Numbered from the whole stretch's first letter, positions 25,842 to 38,843 are shown. The stretch is 63,390 nucleotides of DNA, filler included, from Perkinsus olseni (GCA_013115125.1; 2 parts of 2 records of this genome joined end to end with filler, not necessarily neighbours in it); one strand, 5' to 3'. Notes: generated by a model not told the origin, from the sequence alone. Program-made: numbers and translations.

Positions 25842-26677
25842 TGTGACTGAGGAAAGTCTGCAGAGGTGATGATGATGGTGGCACGCACCACAATGTGACT
25901 AAAATTTCGTATACTCGAAAGAAGTCGCGAGCGCCCAGATGATCGATGTATAACGCGCTTCACTCAAGTGACGCGCATCTTCTACAATCCGCGAGGCCTC
26001 GCCCATGTTTGAAGATAGTAAGGCTGGCAGGATGACTTCATCTCTACCTCGTGTTGACTAGCTCTACTGCTCATGTCGGCTCGGTCGACAGCACCGGGAA
26101 GAACATAACGACCTCCGTGGAGAGTGCGATCTCTGATCTACTCCGAGTCCTTGTGTAAAGCGTCATGAAAGCATCATCTTGGCGCTCTTCCGTCGGTCCT
26201 TGGTGTGCCGCTGCCGCCTCCAGATGGGGCGTACGGTGAGCTGATGCACTAGCTTTGACGCATAGTGATGCTCGTATTAGAAGTGCGGCCGATGGACCTT
26301 CACGTTGGTGTTGAACCTCTTAAGATACTACCGTGCCTTCAGGGCGTTGAATTTGCTAGCCCGAAAGTGCCAGTAGGAGACCCTCGTCAGCACGTTGAAG
26401 GCCACTTTAATTTCAACGGGTAGCGGAAAACGATCTCGCTGATACTGTCCATCCTGCAGAACTCGTCTCAGTCTCGCGACGAAGTAAGCTTCTAGAACAC
26501 AACAACGATTGGCCGGCCTGCGAATACTACCCGCTGCTCAGTGTTGCCTGGTGAACGGGACTCCCGCTCACCAGGCGACACTCTTCCGTTACGGGAGAGA
26601 TGCCCCACTAGAAGGTTCTTCCGTTGCCTATCGCCGCGTAACCATGTATTTCCTCAGCCTACCCTCACTTGAGCCCC

Positions 26678-28262
26678 ATGACCGTATCCTCACCCCTACT
26701 AACCTCGAAGATACTGCCAGAATCTCCAATCCCCCGTCCACCCCCAGGCACGTTCGAGGCCGGGTCAGCCTTCTCCTGCAGTACCCTTCTGTTCACAGCC
26801 TCGGTCGGTAGTGGCGTGCTAGCCTTGCCGTCAGCCGCCAAGGGGGTCGGCCTTGGACTGGGTCTTCTCATCATGCTTGGTGCTTGCCTTATCTCTGCTA
26901 CTAGCGATTGGATTCTTGGCCGTGCGGTCGGTATCTCTGGGGAGAAGACCTATGGGAGTATCTTAGGTTGGAGCGTGGGATACACGAAAGGTCGTCACGG
27001 CCAAGGCAAAAGGCTGCCTGCCTTCGACGCCTTCATGGCTGTCTATCAGGCAGCCGCTATCGTGACCTACCTCATCTTCCTCGGTGACTTCGTTCCCTCC
27101 GTCATACAAGTGTGGTTCGATGCTTCAGCCAGCCGCACCCTCGCCCTGGTCTGCATCGTCTACCTTGCTGTGCTACCCCTCTCGGTCGGCAGCGAGATCT
27201 CCTCACTGCGGGTTGTGGGCTCTTTCAGCCTGTGGGTGATGGCAGTCACCGCCCTAACAGCTGTCTGCAAAACACCATGGAACCACCTAGACCAGGACCA
27301 GCCTGCTAACACAACCCCCTCCTCGAGTGTCGATTGGAGGCAAGGTACGCCAGCTCCTCTGTCCGAACTGGCTATGGCTGATCAGACTTGTTATTGTTTC
27401 TCAGTGATGCACGCGTTGTCCCTGGGTACCTTCGCCTACATGAACCAAGTGAATGCAGTATGCATAACCTCAGAGCTCCACAACCCTACCAGGCGACGAC
27501 TAGCGTCGGTCTGTACCAGCACAGCCCTTTGCCTTTTCCTCTGCTACGCTGCTCTCATGTCAGCAGTGTGAGTATTCACCATCATGCTCGTCATCTACCA
27601 TCGGCGGCCGCATTCAGGTACCTCACGTTTGGCCAGGCGACAACCGCCAACTTTCTTCAGAACTACCCCATGGATGACGCTGCGGTGAATGGGTGTCGAG
27701 TGGTGAGGCCGAAGCTGAAAGCGGGTTCGTCATGCCCCTGTCCTCAGGCGGTCTCCCTGATGCTCATCTTGGCGTGTCCCCTCAACCTCTTTCCTGTCAC
27801 CACCTCCTTTTTCCATGCCATTGGCCGCTGTGATCTGGCCAGCACCCCTCGAGTGAGGATTTTTTTCAACACGATCGTCCTAACGATCTGCCTCCTCACA
27901 GCAGTCTGGGTGAGCTCATCATTAGTCTCCCCGTCATCACTGACCCTCCTTCTTAGGTCCCTGATGTTGGTTCGTTCATCGGCTTCGTCTCGGCCTACAT
28001 GGCAACGCCATTGATGATAACGCTGCCTGCGTACATCAGCATCGTATGTTGTCGAGCAGAGGACGATACGCTCACTCGTAAGGGCCTCTTCAACCATCGG
28101 AACAGGAGTCTCTCCCGAAGGTAATTCTCACCATGCTCTAGGGGAAATGTGGTCTTGTCGCATTCTAGGTTATGCCGCTTGATCGTGCCGGCAATTTTAT
28201 TCGCACTAACGGTGCTGCTGTGGGCGGCCGCGACGGTGAACATCTTCGACAAGAAGAGCTGA
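26678..28262 (+). CDS. amino-acid transporter (Aa_trans/SLC38-like), multi-exon
   Basis: SAFSCSTLLFTASVGSGVLALPSA..GLGLGLLIML, TFAYMNQVN, YLTFGQAT..NFLQNYP, ACPLNLFP; multiple TM segments. Confidence 0.88.
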
Positions 28263-28481
28263 TCACCTCCAACGGCCACGTGAGGAAGGTTACCCTCGCT
28301 ATCTTACCACGTCTCTGTGCGACCGACTTACCGGTCTTATATGCACACATCTCCCGATTACGGAATTTAGGAATTATCGAACTCGAAGCGAATAGCCTGT
28401 GATTGGGTTTCTCCGAGGTGTTGTATCTTGTTAGTATCATCAATGGCAGGGTGGCCAGTGCGAACGTGTTAGTGAATTGCC

Positions 28482-30272
28482 ATGCTATCAGCTGGCCCGT
28501 CCGTATCAAGCGGAGGCGAGGGTCGGGGTTCCAGTGGGGAATCCGTTGACGCCCCATCGCTGGTCGCCCAACGGAAGGAAGAACACTGCGATCAGGAAGA
28601 GACGACGACATCGGGCGTGTCTATTAAGTGCGTATTGGCTGTCGTTGCCATGTTCGTGCTGAACATCGCCATTGGGAACTCGACGAAGTAGGGCGTGACC
28701 CCTCATTACATGGCTCATCGTACTACGCTCAGGGCCATCTACATGCACCAAGGCTTCGATTATCCGATCTTCCTTACGGGGCTACACATGCTCTTCTCGT
28801 GGGCAGCGACCAGTCTATTCGTGCAAGTGCACATGCTTCCGTCAAATACCATCCCCTCCTGCGTGTTTCCACAGTTACGCACCGCCCCATTGCCGTCGCT
28901 GAGCATGACTCAACTGCTCCACTGCATCGGTCCTCTGTCGGCTTGTTCAGCGCTCAGCGTCGCCCTGGTAGGCTCACTGCGAGCGGCACTCTAGTTGAGC
29001 CCTCTCACTGTCAGGGTAACCTGTCCATTAAGTACATATACCCCTCATTTTCTCAAATGCTTGCCACGTCATCACCTCTAGCTGTGATGGTCCTCCAAGT
29101 TGGTGGCTCAGGAACTAGTCTGACTCTCCCGTGGTACTGCCAGTAGGTACTCTTCACACATACCCGGTTTAATATCCCGACGTACCTCTCTATAACGATA
29201 GTTACGTTTGGCCTGGTGAGTCTGTTTGTGATGATGGGTGGCGTTGGGAATGGTCTTGTGAAAAATACTGGAACCGAGAATCGAACTCGGGACCTACTGC
29301 GTGTTAGGCAGTCGTCATAACCAACTAGACCATTCCAGCGTTGGCTGTCAGTTTTTCGACGACGACTAGATGTGTCGCTATCCGCAGCTGCTGCATTTAC
29401 AGCACTTGGCCGCTTAGATATTATGCTCGTTGCGAGAGATGAACTTCCACATTTTGGGCGTCGTCTTCAGCATCGGCTCCACACTACTCCGCGGGGGTAA
29501 AACCATTCTCCAGAAGAAGTTACTTTCATCGGGAGATCATCAGGTTGGAAGCAATGAATGTAGCTCATCACTGCACCTCGACGGATGGTAATATAACGGC
29601 CGCCTGCCACTCAGGCACAACAGAACTCCCCACGATCAGCTCCGTAGCTCTGCTCAACCTAATGGCACCGCAGGTGGGCCTAGTACCGCGCCGCTGCGAA
29701 CGCCTCCCTCCATTCTCAAGTGCCTAGCCATCCTGTTCGTGGCCTCCTGCTTGATGGAAGGCTGGGAGCCGTGGGATAGGATGCTGTTCAATGAAGATAC
29801 GGAAGTTACATTGTAAATGTCGCGACTTCTCGTTGACCCTCACCACAGGCGTGTTGACCTTTGCAGGCACTTCTGGGTTCTGCTCAACTGCCTCAACGCT
29901 TGTCTCCTCAATCTCTCCAACTTCATCACTGCCTCCTTCGTTTCGCCACTGACACTGCAATTGCTGGGCAATGTCAAGGCCGTGCTCGGCATTCTCATCT
30001 CGGCGTTGATTTTCGGTAATGCTGTGACTCCAACGCAGGCGGTGGGTTGTGGGGCAGCAGTTGGTGGCGTCTACGTCTATCAGAGGTAACCACCACACTG
30101 TTGTTCTTGGTCGTGTCCTCATGCAGTGCATTGCAGGTTCGGCAGATCTTATGAAAGTTTCACTCAGCATTATTTGAAAGTGGAGGCAGCTCCTGGAAGT
30201 TCTGATGCGTCCAGTGTTCCCCGGCAAGCGCTTAGTAAACTATCCACATCCGGAACGCCACGTAACCAATGA
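28482..30272 (+). CDS. TPT / nucleotide-sugar transporter (SLC35E-like), multi-exon
   Basis: GFDYPIFLTGLHMLFSW, LGNLSIKYIYPSFSQML..SSP, NLSNFITASFVSPLTLQLLGNVKAVLGILISALIFGN. Confidence 0.88.
29266..29339 (-). tRNA. tRNA-Val (anticodon AAC)
   Basis: GCTGGAATGGTCTAGTTGGTTATGACG ACTGC CT-AAC-AC GCAGT AGGTC CCGAG TTCGATT CTCGG TTCCAGTA forms a full cloverleaf with A/B boxes and is followed by a TTTTT Pol III terminator; lies antisense in a TPT intron. Confidence 0.95.
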
Positions 30273-30341
30273 TATTTTCGTTGAATCGATATTTTCGAGT
30301 GACTCTTTTGTTTCACTGGCTAGGAATACGCTTGCGTGAGA

Positions 30342-30949
30342 ATGGCCTCCGCAGCTGTTCACCATCTTCACATGAGCACTAGTCCGGCTAAGTCCGGCGG
30401 AGTAGCTTTCCCCTCCCAGTACGACTCGAGCGGCCTCTCCTCCTGGGATAAGATTGAGTCCGTAAGTTTGGTATAGGGCTGATACTGCTGACTCGACTCC
30501 TCAAACTCCGGAGATCCTTCCGTGCTCAGGAACTTCGCGGGGCGCCTCTAACCTTGCGGTGCAGGATGGCGAGCGGCCACGTCACTGAAGTACAGGTAGT
30601 CTCTCGTGGGTAGTCCACCAGTCACCGTCTATAATTGTTATTAATGGTGTCTTCAGTGTGTGGTCGTCAGGTGTCCATGGGACAGGACGTAGCCCACGCG
30701 AAAGCTCTATTGTCTAAACTGCTCGACATCCCGTACTCACGTCTGGCAAGTGCGTGGGGTAAGTCTGCCGTAAATCCCGTGCCATACTCAGACGCTGTAC
30801 TACAAGGGGAAGCTCATGTTCGACCCCCTCTCCTTCAATGACTTCCCCCACTCGGACGCCTCCGCGGGAATGGACATTGACGTTAAAGTGATGCGTCTTC
30901 TCTGTCGATATTCGTATGGTAGCTGTTCTCTATCCATGCCTAGAAGTGA
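30342..30949 (+). CDS. small ubiquitin-like-fold protein, multi-exon
   Basis: LTLRCRMASGHVTEVQVSMGQDVAHAKALLSKLLDIPYSRLTLYYKGKLMFDPLSFNDF follows a UBL beta-grasp pattern. Confidence 0.7.
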
Positions 30950-31727
30950 CCTGCCGGGCTCTGTTGGACTAGGCCGTGCCTGGTCGCTGATAGCGATGTG
31001 ATCCTATCAGATTGCGACGGAGTGACCCGCTGGTATGCAACGAGCCCGTGGGCGAGGTGCCGCATGAAGTGGAATTGCTTTCTTCTCCCTCTAGATGTTG
31101 AGTTGGCAATAATGAGCCTGTATTTTCATGCCCATAATCCCTATGAAGGGCTGTGCCGTAGAGAATCGCTGAGGCAGCAAGATGATGAGATGCGACTGTG
31201 CTGTTGTTGTCTTTGTGGACGGTTCTGCTGTCTCCCTAGCGCTAGTCGCATTGTCGTATTAGTCGTTGCTTTATTACTGTATTAGGATCCGTTACGTTCG
31301 TTCACTGTCGTAGTCCTTCAGTTGGGTCACCAGATTTATAATATAGATTCCATAGTGGGTGTTTTATTCGCCTAAAACCTGCACAGGGCATGAGCATCCA
31401 CGCAATAGCAGAGGGTAGCATCAGGCGGCTGATACGAAGATGCTCAACACGGCGTGCTTGGGAGGAGATCATCCGAGTGCCAGTGGAGCTTTTCATGCAT
31501 TGTTATTGAAGATATTAGAGAGGCGAGCATCGAGGTAATCGAGCTGCTTTTCTCGGGCTAGAGCCACAAGTTCCTGTAGCGACCAGCGTGTGTGATTATA
31601 GCAACGTAGGTTGAGTGGCTCAATTGGAGAGGGCCTCCATAGGGTGATACCATACCATGCCTCGCGAGCCTCCATCAGCGTCGGATGTCGCACGGGCCAT
31701 GAATCACGGCCTTATCCCGCAGAGCTC

Positions 31728-31827
31728 NNNNNNNNNNNNNNNNNNNNNNNNNNNNNNNNNNNNNNNNNNNNTTAATTAATTAANNNNNNNNNNNNNNNNN
31801 NNNNNNNNNNNNNNNNNNNNNNNNNNN
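31728..31827. other. assembly gap / artificial six-frame stop linker (N44-TTAATTAATTAA-N44)
   Basis: Exactly 100 bp of symmetric Ns around TTAATTAATTAA. Confidence 0.95.
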
Positions 31828-33882
31828 CCTCAAACACGTAGTATGTGCTGAATTAGACTGATTTTTGTGATTTGCATATCGAATTGGAACACCCTGTATG
31901 TTTTTATTATTTCCTTACTAGATTGTGAATAGTAATTTGTTAGTGCCCTGGGTTGGCGGTAGCATTTTACTCCTTGAGAACATAAATGTGATTCTCTGTA
32001 AATGATCACTTGAGCCGGTAAAGACCTCTCTCGGTGATCGTACACAGTAACTTGCTAATGTTGGCGCCCTGGGTTGGCGGTAGCATTCTATATTATCATA
32101 AATATGAACACAAAATGCTTTTGCGGTTTTTCCATCAAACGTAGCCGACTGAGATACCAGCAGCTCGTTTGTGGTGGACATCGCTTCTCTACGTATGTGG
32201 TGTTTATACCCGCATCGTTGAGAGACCCGAACCAGAACGTCCACTTGGTCGTCGATATACCGTTGTGTGTGCTTTAATCCTCTGTGCGAGATCTGTGTTT
32301 GTTATTGAGCAGTCTTACCTAACTGAACTCTCCGTCTTATTTTTTCAAGGTGGTTGAGTTCCCGAGTTTCATGGAGCAAATCAGCGGAGGTCCCCGAGAA
32401 AAGTCGTTTCTTCGTTCTTTCCCGACATCGTAGAGCTCAACAGCCTCGGAAAGCGAAGGACATCTATGCAGGCTTTTAGATGCACGCGGTACCATTATCA
32501 CCTCCCACATATCCAAGTTGGGAAATTGCGAGCAAGATTGGTGAACTGCGGTCGTTCGCTCACGTGTTGACCGAGGAGTTCAATCGCGAGAACTTATGTC
32601 AAGGGGCTCAACGATTCCCGGATCCCCGCAGCTCAGGCGTTGATGGAGAAACTAAGGTGGCGAGGTCATCGAGCGTACGGCTCGGACGGGACCCTAAGTC
32701 CAGGCAACGAATTTAGTCAGTCATTATTCGCCATTCTCGCTGCCACAATTCTCTCACTAGGTCATGGGATTGGCATCGCCGGTTACGAGCACCAGCGAAG
32801 CTTCATGAACCCTGCATAGCCCTGATGAGTGCAAATTTTCCTTACACTGTATATTCCGAATCGAGACAACCTGTAGGACGAGCGAGTCTTGATACGCAGA
32901 GGAAAGGAGCTCGCTGGTGAGTTCAAGAGACCCCAGTGTCACGTGGGCGAAGCGCCGTGCAGCGCCATTATATGAGTGACGTCAACTCAACACAGTAGTG
33001 TTTATACCGCTGGGCAGGGGCAAGTGCCAACGAGGCGTATCGTGTTGAGCTTGCCACTGTTGAAATTACTGAAAGATTTTCTTACATGAGAGAATAATTT
33101 ATCACTGGCACCTAAATTCTCTCCTGCTTTTCCATCTTCTAGCTCTTGAAGCAGCCAGTGTCCCGATCCAAACTTCGAACAAGCAGCTCCGCACGCCCTG
33201 ATATTCCCCCAATTTTGAGGAACTTTCTTGGTTACAGGCTGGAAATTCCAGCGACTGGGCCATGACGTGGCGGTCACGTGGGAAGAGCTGCCCGCTCATC
33301 TTTTCCTCCGCTCAGCTACGCTCTAGTCGTAACAGCGTTGTAGAAAGTTGCTGGCCGCTACTATTCAATAGGACAGAAGAGAGCTGCTCGACTCCAAGCC
33401 CACTCTGGGTCAAGATTACAACGGTCACTAGTACCCTACCTCGGCATCCATGGAGTGGAGGACCATCGTTCAATCGTTGTAATTCGCGCGCCAAGGCGGC
33501 GCACAAAATGATACGTGCGAGTAAGCCCACACAAGTGACGCGATCGATTGTTGCCGTGACGAAAAGCAGGCCAAACCCGTGAGACTATCCTTTCTTCACC
33601 TCACATCGATTGCCGAGTCAAGTTGCACATCACGGCCACTATAGCGGCGCTGCCAAATCACCTCTCCTTCCACGTCTGAAGTTCAGACTCTGAACGTTTG
33701 ACTCGTCACAGCGCCATCTGGATGCGTCCTCGATTGAGTTAGGGTGTTTAGCCACACGAGTTAGAGTGGGAAAAATCTGTCGGGATTCTACGTCTACTTG
33801 GGAAGCCTAAGCTGGGCTCCGTTCCTAAGGAGCAGGATGCTCATATTCTTTCAGTTCTTCGGATCTTCCTCTTCTTTTGCGA

Positions 33883-34305
33883 ATGGCTCGGTTCACTTGC
33901 ATGCTCACCATAATCTCGGCTTTGGCGTTCTCTTCACAGAGTCGTGCCGAATTCGCTGGTAGAGAATACTGCTGCACTGTCAAGGGCGGCCTGGAGGGTG
34001 CAGAGTACATTCTGTCCTTCGTGAATTCTTCCCACATGAACTTTTTCATGACTGATTACTTCCGCTCCGCGCCCATGAAGAGTAGGACACCGAAGATCCT
34101 GGTACGCGGCATCCCCTATGAGTACAACGCCACCTCGGGTGCAATCAACGCCACCATATCCAGCATACGCACTTGGCCTGTGACTCTGGTTGGTTCATCG
34201 GATATGAGTAAACTCGAGTACAACGAGTTGGAGGATGAGCTGAGACTGAGGATGAGATGCAAGCTGTTCAAGAAGGCGGCGGTGCAAACTTTTCGGCGAT
34301 GTTAG
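33883..34305 (+). CDS. secreted ~140-aa protein, family member 1 (divergent)
   Basis: Signal peptide; AG.(E/D)(Y/F)C..LSF.NS.HM..ILVRGIPY.YN.TSG.I..SSDM....Y.E.EDE..L..R..TFRRC shared with three paralogs. Confidence 0.85.
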   Translation: MARFTCMLTIISALAFSSQSRAEFAGREYCCTVKGGLEGAEYILSFVNSSHMNFFMTDYFRSAPMKSRTPKILVRGIPYEYNATSGAINATISSIRTWPVTLVGSSDMSKLEYNELEDELRLRMRCKLFKKAAVQTFRRC

Positions 34306-35322
34306 ATTCCTTTCAAGGTCGCCTTGATTTTTCTTCACCGTTTTTTCTCCCTTCCATAACCCTTCCTTTGGTATGGTAGCTCGCGGCAAGTGCTCTTCTT
34401 GGTCGAGTGCACTCCGGAGCAACGCTTTCTATAAGGTGTCGCTATTGCGTTATGCAATCAGTTGGCGACTGGCTCGTGCGTTGCAACCCATTTGAGACAA
34501 AACTTCTCAGAGCGTCGTACACTGGGGCTCGCAGGAGTGAGATGTTCTATGTACAGTAGGGGTACACCAATCCCTCGTGATTCATGGCGGTCGCGGCCCG
34601 AGGCCCTCCGGTTCACGAGCGTAGTTCACGACTGAGGGGCGTGTGAGCCTCGCTCGGGGACAGTGCGTTAGATAAGATCACTACGATGCTCAGGCCTGGA
34701 GGTTCGAATATTACTCACCCTCTACACTGCCAGGAGCATTTTCACGGAAGATGAGTCATATGCAGCGTCATCTGATATGACCATCGGGCAATATGAACAA
34801 TGCGGTACATGCGTCACGAGATCCCCGTCACGTACGCAGGGTGCGAGATGATGCCGTTCACGAGTCGCGCCGTCTCATCCAAATCATTCGACTGCGCGAT
34901 AAGAGGCAGAGCTCGCTCATCCACCGGTTGCCCCTTCCGGGATCTCTCATCCAACTATATTGGGGTTGTTTCGGCGGTGCGGATTCGACACTTCCCGGGA
35001 GGTGCAAGTCTTTCGGAAGCCTCTGATGTGAATGAAGGTGCATCCGGCTGGTTTCGAAATTGGTTACACCTTAGCTCAGCCGGCAGCCGTTCCTCATGAG
35101 AAGAAATTCAAGTTGATCCCGTGCAACCATGATATTCACGCACATGCAATCGCGCATCCATAAGAGACGCGCCGTATGCACCCCTCATACAACCAGGAAA
35201 GCAGTCGATAAGCTCACCTCAGGGGAACACTCGGACAAGCTTCCCTTCCTCCTGGCAGGATCCGCTTACGTATCCGGGAACTGTGACTATCAGCACCACA
35301 CAGGTTTCGCCCCGGTGGAACT

Positions 35323-35353
35323 CGTGACGTAAACCGTGACGTAACTCGTGACG
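35323..35353 (+). promoter_or_regulatory. three CGTGACG motifs at 12-bp period upstream of a secreted gene (also 38479-38509)
   Basis: cgtgacgtaaac cgtgacgtaact cgtgacg; period is kept in the paralogous upstream region. Confidence 0.4.
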
Positions 35354-35675
35354 CGCTTTGGGCGGCACGGAGCTTCATGGCGCTGCTAGGTTGTTCACTT
35401 CACCTCAACTGTATAGTCTAGCTCTGGTAGGCCCATATATTATTGAGCACATAGCCCCTACCACACTACGTGTACGGGCAATCTGTCTTCTTCTCTTCAC
35501 GAGTCACGCAAGTCGGACAATGGAAACAAACTGAGATATCTGGATGAACTTCGCGGATATCCTATCGATATTGAGTTCGAGACCAGGTCATACAACTACT
35601 CAATATCTGTGAGGAACGCGAATTCATCCTCTGGCAGTTTTGCGAGTCGCGAATTGCGACTCTTCCCGTGCGTCA

Positions 35676-36101
35676 ATGAGTCTGCTGGTTTACTTGGTCA
35701 CTTTGATCCTGTCCGTGGCGGTGCATGTACAGAGTGGTACCGGTCCCGCAGGAAAAGACTTCTGTTATTATGCGAAGTCAGAGCTTTGGGGAAAAGAGTT
35801 CCGTCTGTCCTTCGGTAACTCTACCCACATGGCTTACAGCACGACTAGGTTCTTCATTCCTTCGTCTGGCCAGCGATTCCCTTCGATCCTGGTCCGTGGC
35901 ATCCCCTACAAATACAACAGCACTTCCGGTATCATCGACGTCGATTCTAAGAGCATGAGATTTGTTATCTTCTATCGTAACGTGAAGTCCTCAGACATGC
36001 ACAGAATCCAGTACGATGAGTCGGAGGATGAAGTTAACTTGAAGCTGAGGTATCAAATGATCGGGCGGAGGAGATACCGAACATTGCAGCGATGTCACTA
36101 G
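35676..36101 (+). CDS. secreted ~140-aa protein, family member 2
   Basis: MSLLVYLVTLILSVAVHVQS-GTGPAGKDFCYYAK...RTLQRCH. Confidence 0.88.
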   Translation: MSLLVYLVTLILSVAVHVQSGTGPAGKDFCYYAKSELWGKEFRLSFGNSTHMAYSTTRFFIPSSGQRFPSILVRGIPYKYNSTSGIIDVDSKSMRFVIFYRNVKSSDMHRIQYDESEDEVNLKLRYQMIGRRRYRTLQRCH

Positions 36102-37437
36102 CTCGACCTGATTTCTATTAGATGTTTTCCTCCTTTGTACCATCCTTCTGCGGACGGGTGCAGATCAGAAGCGTCACGAACCTCTACTGAGCTGGGATTA
36201 GCTTAAAAGGGGCCGTCTCCATGAAGTGTGGGATTGAGTTCTCTCGGAGTAGCTCAGTGGATCTCAATAGCGCTTCCAGGCTCGAAGCTCATCGGAATGC
36301 GTTCGATAGATGAACTTAGGAGGCGCCCTGGTGAGAGTTCTGAAAGGGCATTCCTGGGAGTGGACTTCTCAATTATTTACTTGAGTTCCCTAATGGTCAA
36401 CTCATGTCCGGTGTCATGCTTGAACAGCGGGATCCTGAACACAGTGAAATAATCCAGCATGAGCATCTCGATGTCTCCGATGAGCCAGCTCTGATTATCT
36501 AATTCTTGAGAGTCGTGCTAACAGCACGGTGCTGTCCGCCCGGACGGGGCACTCAGTTTCGCAGGCGCCTCTTTTGCCCTTGTAGTTTGCGGTTGGTCAT
36601 ATTACGAGACTTCGTCAGATGACGAATACGCAATAACTCGAATCTCGCTGCCTCCTGGTGTGACTCTGGAAGCGATTCGCGTTCTACCCTCGCAGAGTCC
36701 CCTACATCAACCTCCTGTCCAGCCTCGATGAAGCCGCAGCTCTCGACCATGGCGCGAAGCATACAAACAAGAGTGCGCGGGGATAGCGCTTCCGGTCGGA
36801 TTCTTGCGCATAGATGCTACATGGACGCTGTCGCCAACACGATTCCGTATGGGCCACTTTAAGCAGCTGTTTCGGGACACGCCCGATAGAAATCTCAAAA
36901 GAGTGGGCGGCGATGGCATCAAACTGTGGACTAACTACTGTAGTAACCCAAAACTTCAATTGTGAGCCGCTACAAAGATTTGATCTGACGAGCGGCGGAG
37001 CTTAAAGCCTGGGATAAATTATGGTAAGAGATTTGCTATCCGAGCATTCCAAAGAATGACGTGTCAATCACAGGCTGTAAATCGAAACCGCCATTAAGCT
37101 GTCGAGGAGAAACTGCTTCCAATAAATCATAATAACTCTAGGACTACACGCAGTTCGAACGAATCATACGCCGATTCTCCGATGAATCATCGAAGGGTCG
37201 CGGATCTCAATGAACTAGAGAGCGTGTAAAGGGCCATATGGATGTGAACGTAGTACGTTCAACGTACGTACATGCGTCTCTTGGTAGCATAAAAAGGGAA
37301 AGCTTCGATCGAAAAACTCAAAATCTTGTAGAACGTCAAGAGCAGACGGAAGATATGGGATAGAGAGAATCGTAGCAGAACACCCATTCATCTATCCTCA
37401 AACTTCAACAACATGTGATGTAGAGCGAAGGAAATAC

Positions 37438-38334
37438 TCAGCGATGTGTACTGACTCTTTTAAGACGATCGTAGGGGTGCTGTCCGAAAGCGTACAACAA
37501 CTCGGAAGTAGCGAACCCTACTGTTACGAAATCTTCATCTGTCATCTTCCCTCTAGCTGACTCTGCGGAAGCAACCCAGCGAGGACAGGCTTGCTTGAAA
37601 CTGTCGATGAGATCCTTCACCGTGGCACCACCTGGGATGGGTGTCAGCTCGTAGGCCTCGCCAGGTCCCCTCTCTTTGAGACGGTACGTCTTATAACCAG
37701 TGTTACCACCACCCTTGCAGCCGAACTCCACACGAGTTCGTCCACTCGGTTCGATTCCGTAATACGATTCCAATTCTGAAGATCGGTGCTCTGACTCGTA
37801 TACTCCTGGAATCATCCGCAACCACCGACGCTTGAGGACAGTGTATTGACCCAGGAAAATAATCACTGCATTTCCGTTATCGTCGTTGTAGATGTTGTCG
37901 AGATCTTCTCTTGGTGACAGAGAGAGTTTAGGACAAACAGCTTCAATATTCTGGATCCATTCTTGCTGCTCCGAGGTTCCGGTGCAGGGCCTTGCTACCG
38001 CATGGCTGGTGTCAAGGTAGACATTAGTCGACTCAGTTTTCTCCCCCAGTCGAAACCAACCATTCTGATATCGATTGCTATCACATTGTACAGTTAGCAT
38101 ACCGTCACCGCACTTGGTAGCATTGAAGGTAACCTTGACGCGTTCCGGGCCGTCGGACTTATAGACGAAGGTTCCATACTCCACTCGGGGCGGAGTGGGT
38201 TGCTTTTGCTTCTCCGCGGATGGACTAGGGGTAAAAGGCCCATGCTTCCCCGAAGAGGGAGAACAATCACATGGCCCACGGCCATGAGCCGGGAAGGCGG
38301 CCAAAAAGAGGGAGGCGACGAGGCGAATTGTCAT
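37438..38334 (-). CDS. intronless secreted hypothetical protein, divergent to member 3
   Basis: 298-aa ORF, signal peptide MTIRLVASLFLAAFPAHG, internal two-domain repetition (G..VY.S...C...(W/Y).L...CP...D(L/F)). Confidence 0.85.
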   Translation of the reverse strand: MTIRLVASLFLAAFPAHGRGPCDCSPSSGKHGPFTPSPSAEKQKQPTPPRVEYGTFVYKSDGPERVKVTFNATKCGDGMLTVQCDSNRYQNGWFRLGEKTESTNVYLDTSHAVARPCTGTSEQQEWIQNIEAVCPKLSLSPREDLDNIYNDDNGNAVIIFLGQYTVLKRRWLRMIPGVYESEHRSSELESYYGIEPSGRTRVEFGCKGGGNTGYKTYRLKERGPGEAYELTPIPGGATVKDLIDSFKQACPRWVASAESARGKMTDEDFVTVGFATSELLYAFGQHPYDRLKRVSTHR

Positions 38335-38843
38335 TATTGAGGTAAAAAATTTAATGGAGAGGTGCTGTATCACATCTCGGCTCGAACAGACCCTGTCTCA
38401 GAACTTCCCGAATTCGGGTTGTAAAATCTCTCCTAGCTGGACCGAAAAGGCAACCGCGAGGCTGCTGCCGATTCTCAGCGTGACGTACTTCGTGACGTAC
38501 TCCGTGACGCACTCTCAACATGGAGCCTTATGGCGCTGCTGGGTTGCTCACGTCACCTCTTTCGTGTAATCAACCTTCGGCAGCCCTATATACCATAGAG
38601 AACATAGTCTCCACCAGAATACGTGTGTGGCAAAACTCTCTCCTTCTCTTCACCAGTCATGCAAGATAGACAATGGAAATGAATGTAGATTTCTGGTCGG
38701 ACTTCGAGGATATGCTGTCGATATTGAGCATACATTATCGAGGATATTCGGGCGGCTCAAACTGAGTCATACAGTTACCCGGTTTCTTGTAGGAATAGCG
38801 AATTCATCCTTTGGCAGTTTTTCGAGTCTTCCTACTCGCGTCA

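Noticed and set aside
25950-26500. possible exons between the mitochondrial-type protein and the transporter
   Set aside because: No coherent gene model
29073-29084. cacctctagctg, a partial reverse match to the 19-nt intronic element
   Set aside because: Only 12 nt, exonic (SSPLAV) and antisense; probably chance
31772-31783. TTAATTAATTAA palindrome
   Set aside because: Centred in Ns; an artificial stop linker, not biology
36246-36260. GGAGTAGCTCAGTGG, resembling a tRNA A box
   Set aside because: No cloverleaf; the paralogous flank near 39410 lacks it
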